Shown here: one piece after another, positions 62,801 to 64,000 of the stretch | Numbering within the stretch: the first letter of the stretch is position 1 | How the letters are laid out: each line of letters opens with the position of its first letter | DNA from: an uncultured Clostridia bacterium | Lineage (GTDB): Bacteria > Acidobacteriota > Aminicenantia > UBA2199 | DNA: 64,000 nt | Direction of reading: 5' to 3' | Assembly (NCBI GenBank): GCA_964502145.1 | Contig: CAZCVI010000002.1 | Coordinates: forward strand, 117,383-181,382 | Notes under the pieces: generated by a model | What the model was told of the DNA's origin: nothing | Seen by the model: only the letters and a program-made list of their open reading frames with translations | The model's database searches: none | Translations under genes and position numbers: made by a program

Positions 62801-64000
62801 TCATATTTTTCGCGCCGTCAAAGAGACCGTGACCGAACTGGAACAAGGCGGTTTTTCCCTCCATAGCGGGCACTCCGCCACCTCCCAATCACATTCCGGG
62901 GACTACTATCCCATGTCCTCCGTGCAAAAACGATTGTTTGTGTTGAGTCAATCCCAGGAAGGGGACCGCGCCTACCATGTGCCTATTGCCGTGCAAATCG
63001 AGGGCCCAGTAAATATTGAAAAATTCCAGGCCATTTTCAAAGAGTTATTCCTGCGCCACGAGATATTTCGTACTGGCTTGGAAATAAAAGAGGAGCAGTG
63101 GGTGCAACATGTTTATCCAGTCGATGAAGTGGCATTTTCTATCCGTCATGTTAACATTAAAGAAACCGATATCAATACATTATTGGCAGAGCTGTTACGT
63201 CCCTTTGATCTATCCAAGCCCCCATTGTTACGTGCCACCATGGGTGAAATTTCTCCCACTCGCTTCGTATTCATTTTAAATTTCCATCACACCGTGATCG
63301 ATGGCGCTTCATTTACCCTCTTTATGCAAGACTTTTTCAATCTTTATAACCACCATCCGCTTCCCCCCGTCAAGATGCAGTATAAAGAATACACCCAGTG
63401 GGAACAACAGTACCTAAAGTCACCCGATTTTAAAGCCCAGGAGGAATATTGGTTGCACCAATTGGGCGGTGAACTCCCCCTGCTGGAATTACCCACCGAT
63501 TTTCCCAGGCCGCCCATTTTAGACTTTGAAGGCGATGTCTTCCGCTTTAAAATCCAGATTGATAAAGTCGACAGGGTGAAAGCACTGGCCAAAAAAACGG
63601 GTTCCAGTTTGAACATGCTGCTACTGGCTATATATAATGTACTCCTCTTTAAATTGACCCAGCAAGAAGACATGCTCGTGGGCATCCCCGCCAGTGTCAT
63701 CTGGAATGAGCAATTCGAGCGCACCGTCGGCATGTGTACCAATACCCTCGTCATCCGCAATTGTCCCGCCGGGAATAAACCCTTCACCCGCTTTTTAAAA
63801 GAAGTGAAAACCAATTGTTTACAAGCCTACTCCCACCAGGAATACCCCTATGAAGAATTGGTCAGTAAATTCCCAGGCAAACGAGATATTAGTCACAACC
63901 CGTTTGTGGATGTGATGTTTGTCTATGAAAACGGTAACAGTCGCTTATATGATCTGGCTGATCTGACCGTTACCCCCCGTGATATCAACGTGGGCGCCTC
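56892..64000 (+). CDS. Hybrid PKS-NRPS megasynthase, N-terminal >=2369 aa (3' end outside window): AT-ACP-KS-AT-ACP-aminotransferase-C...
   Basis: It is not in the supplied ORF track because no stop codon falls in the window. My manual translation from the ATG at 56892 is open to nt 64000 (the ATG at 56913 is an alternative start). The translation begins [33 protein letters not shown]... Confidence 0.9.
   Translation, partial: [2369 protein letters not shown]
56930..58200 (+). other. Loading-type AT (GHSGGE, Ser 57222-57224; GAFHS) - ACP (GFDSM, Ser 58074-58076)
   Basis: [11 protein letters not shown]...[17 protein letters not shown]...LGAFHSPIM, followed by [16 protein letters not shown]. 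Confidence 0.8.
58250..61200 (+). other. KS (DTACSSAL, Cys 58773-58775) - AT (GHSIGEY, Ser 60126-60128; HAFHS = malonyl-type) - ACP (GLDSL, Ser 61092-61094)
   Basis: [15 protein letters not shown]...[10 protein letters not shown]...[11 protein letters not shown]...[21 protein letters not shown]...[10 protein letters not shown]...[20 protein letters not shown]. Confidence 0.85.
61500..62830 (+). other. PLP-dependent class-III aminotransferase domain (GSA-aminomutase-like; Lys 62367-62369)
   Basis: [26 protein letters not shown]...[18 protein letters not shown]...[11 protein letters not shown]...[14 protein letters not shown]. It is the same domain type as in MycA/ItuA/McyE beta-amino-forming modules. 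Confidence 0.8.
62900..64000 (+). other. Condensation domain (HHTVIDGAS ~63285), truncated by window end
   Basis: [14 protein letters not shown]...[11 protein letters not shown]... Confidence 0.8.

Noticed and set aside
56858-63814. Minus-strand ORFs are listed across 56.8-63.8 kb (for example 61022..61477, 61401..61817 and 63344..63814), where the track shows no + strand gene.
   Set aside because: The + strand carries a continuous PKS-NRPS reading frame with canonical KS/AT/ACP/AMT/C motifs. The track omits it only because it has no stop in the window. The minus-strand ORFs are shadows.

Overview
This is a bacterial chromosomal window. It is AT-leaning, uses Shine-Dalgarno-type RBSs, and the organism cannot be identified by eye. 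All calls come from manual reading of the ORF track and the DNA. Domain boundaries are approximate (about +/-30-60 nt) and no database search was run.

Layout:
- 0-11.6 kb: two tandem Rpn-like PD-(D/E)XK genes, a 1323-aa secreted BACON/Ig-domain protein, an orphan 501-aa protein, a small toxin-antitoxin islet (higBA flanked by 51-bp direct repeats, plus a mazEF-like pair) and a long SPFH/flotillin protein.
- 11.9-16.9 kb: a compact RiPP-type operon. It encodes a B12-type radical SAM (RiPP C-methyltransferase-like), a fused E1-like/YcaO cyclodehydratase and a 165-aa NHLP-like precursor ending in TCC.
- 17.0-22.3 kb: a 1758-aa protein combining Ser/Thr kinase, STAND ATPase, GAF and PP2C (SpoIIE) domains.
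- 22.4-37.3 kb: mixed genes. These are a possibly frameshifted nucleotidyltransferase-like pair, a long GlmS-like protein, AlkC-like and MutY/Nth-like glycosylases, a radical SAM with an N-terminal SPASM-like domain, an SDR, tRNA-Gly(CCC), cysC, a methyltransferase, an S46 peptidase and a 769-aa HEAT-like protein.
- 37.3-64.0 kb: a hybrid NRPS-PKS cluster. One gene encodes 6272 aa (C-A-T, C-A*-T, C-A-T, KS-AT-T, C-A-T, C). A second megasynthase gene is absent from the ORF track because it runs off the window (AT-ACP-KS-AT-ACP-aminotransferase-C...).

The most unusual observations:
1. The second adenylation domain (Pro-like code) is split between core motifs A2 and A3 by a ~580-aa insertion. 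The insertion looks like a circularly permuted cobalamin-dependent radical SAM enzyme.
2. The same A2-A3 loop in two other A domains carries in-frame 9-bp tandem repeats. These belong to a nonamer repeat family also found in intergenic DNA of this window.
3. The NHLP/YcaO/rSAM locus has an unusually long precursor.
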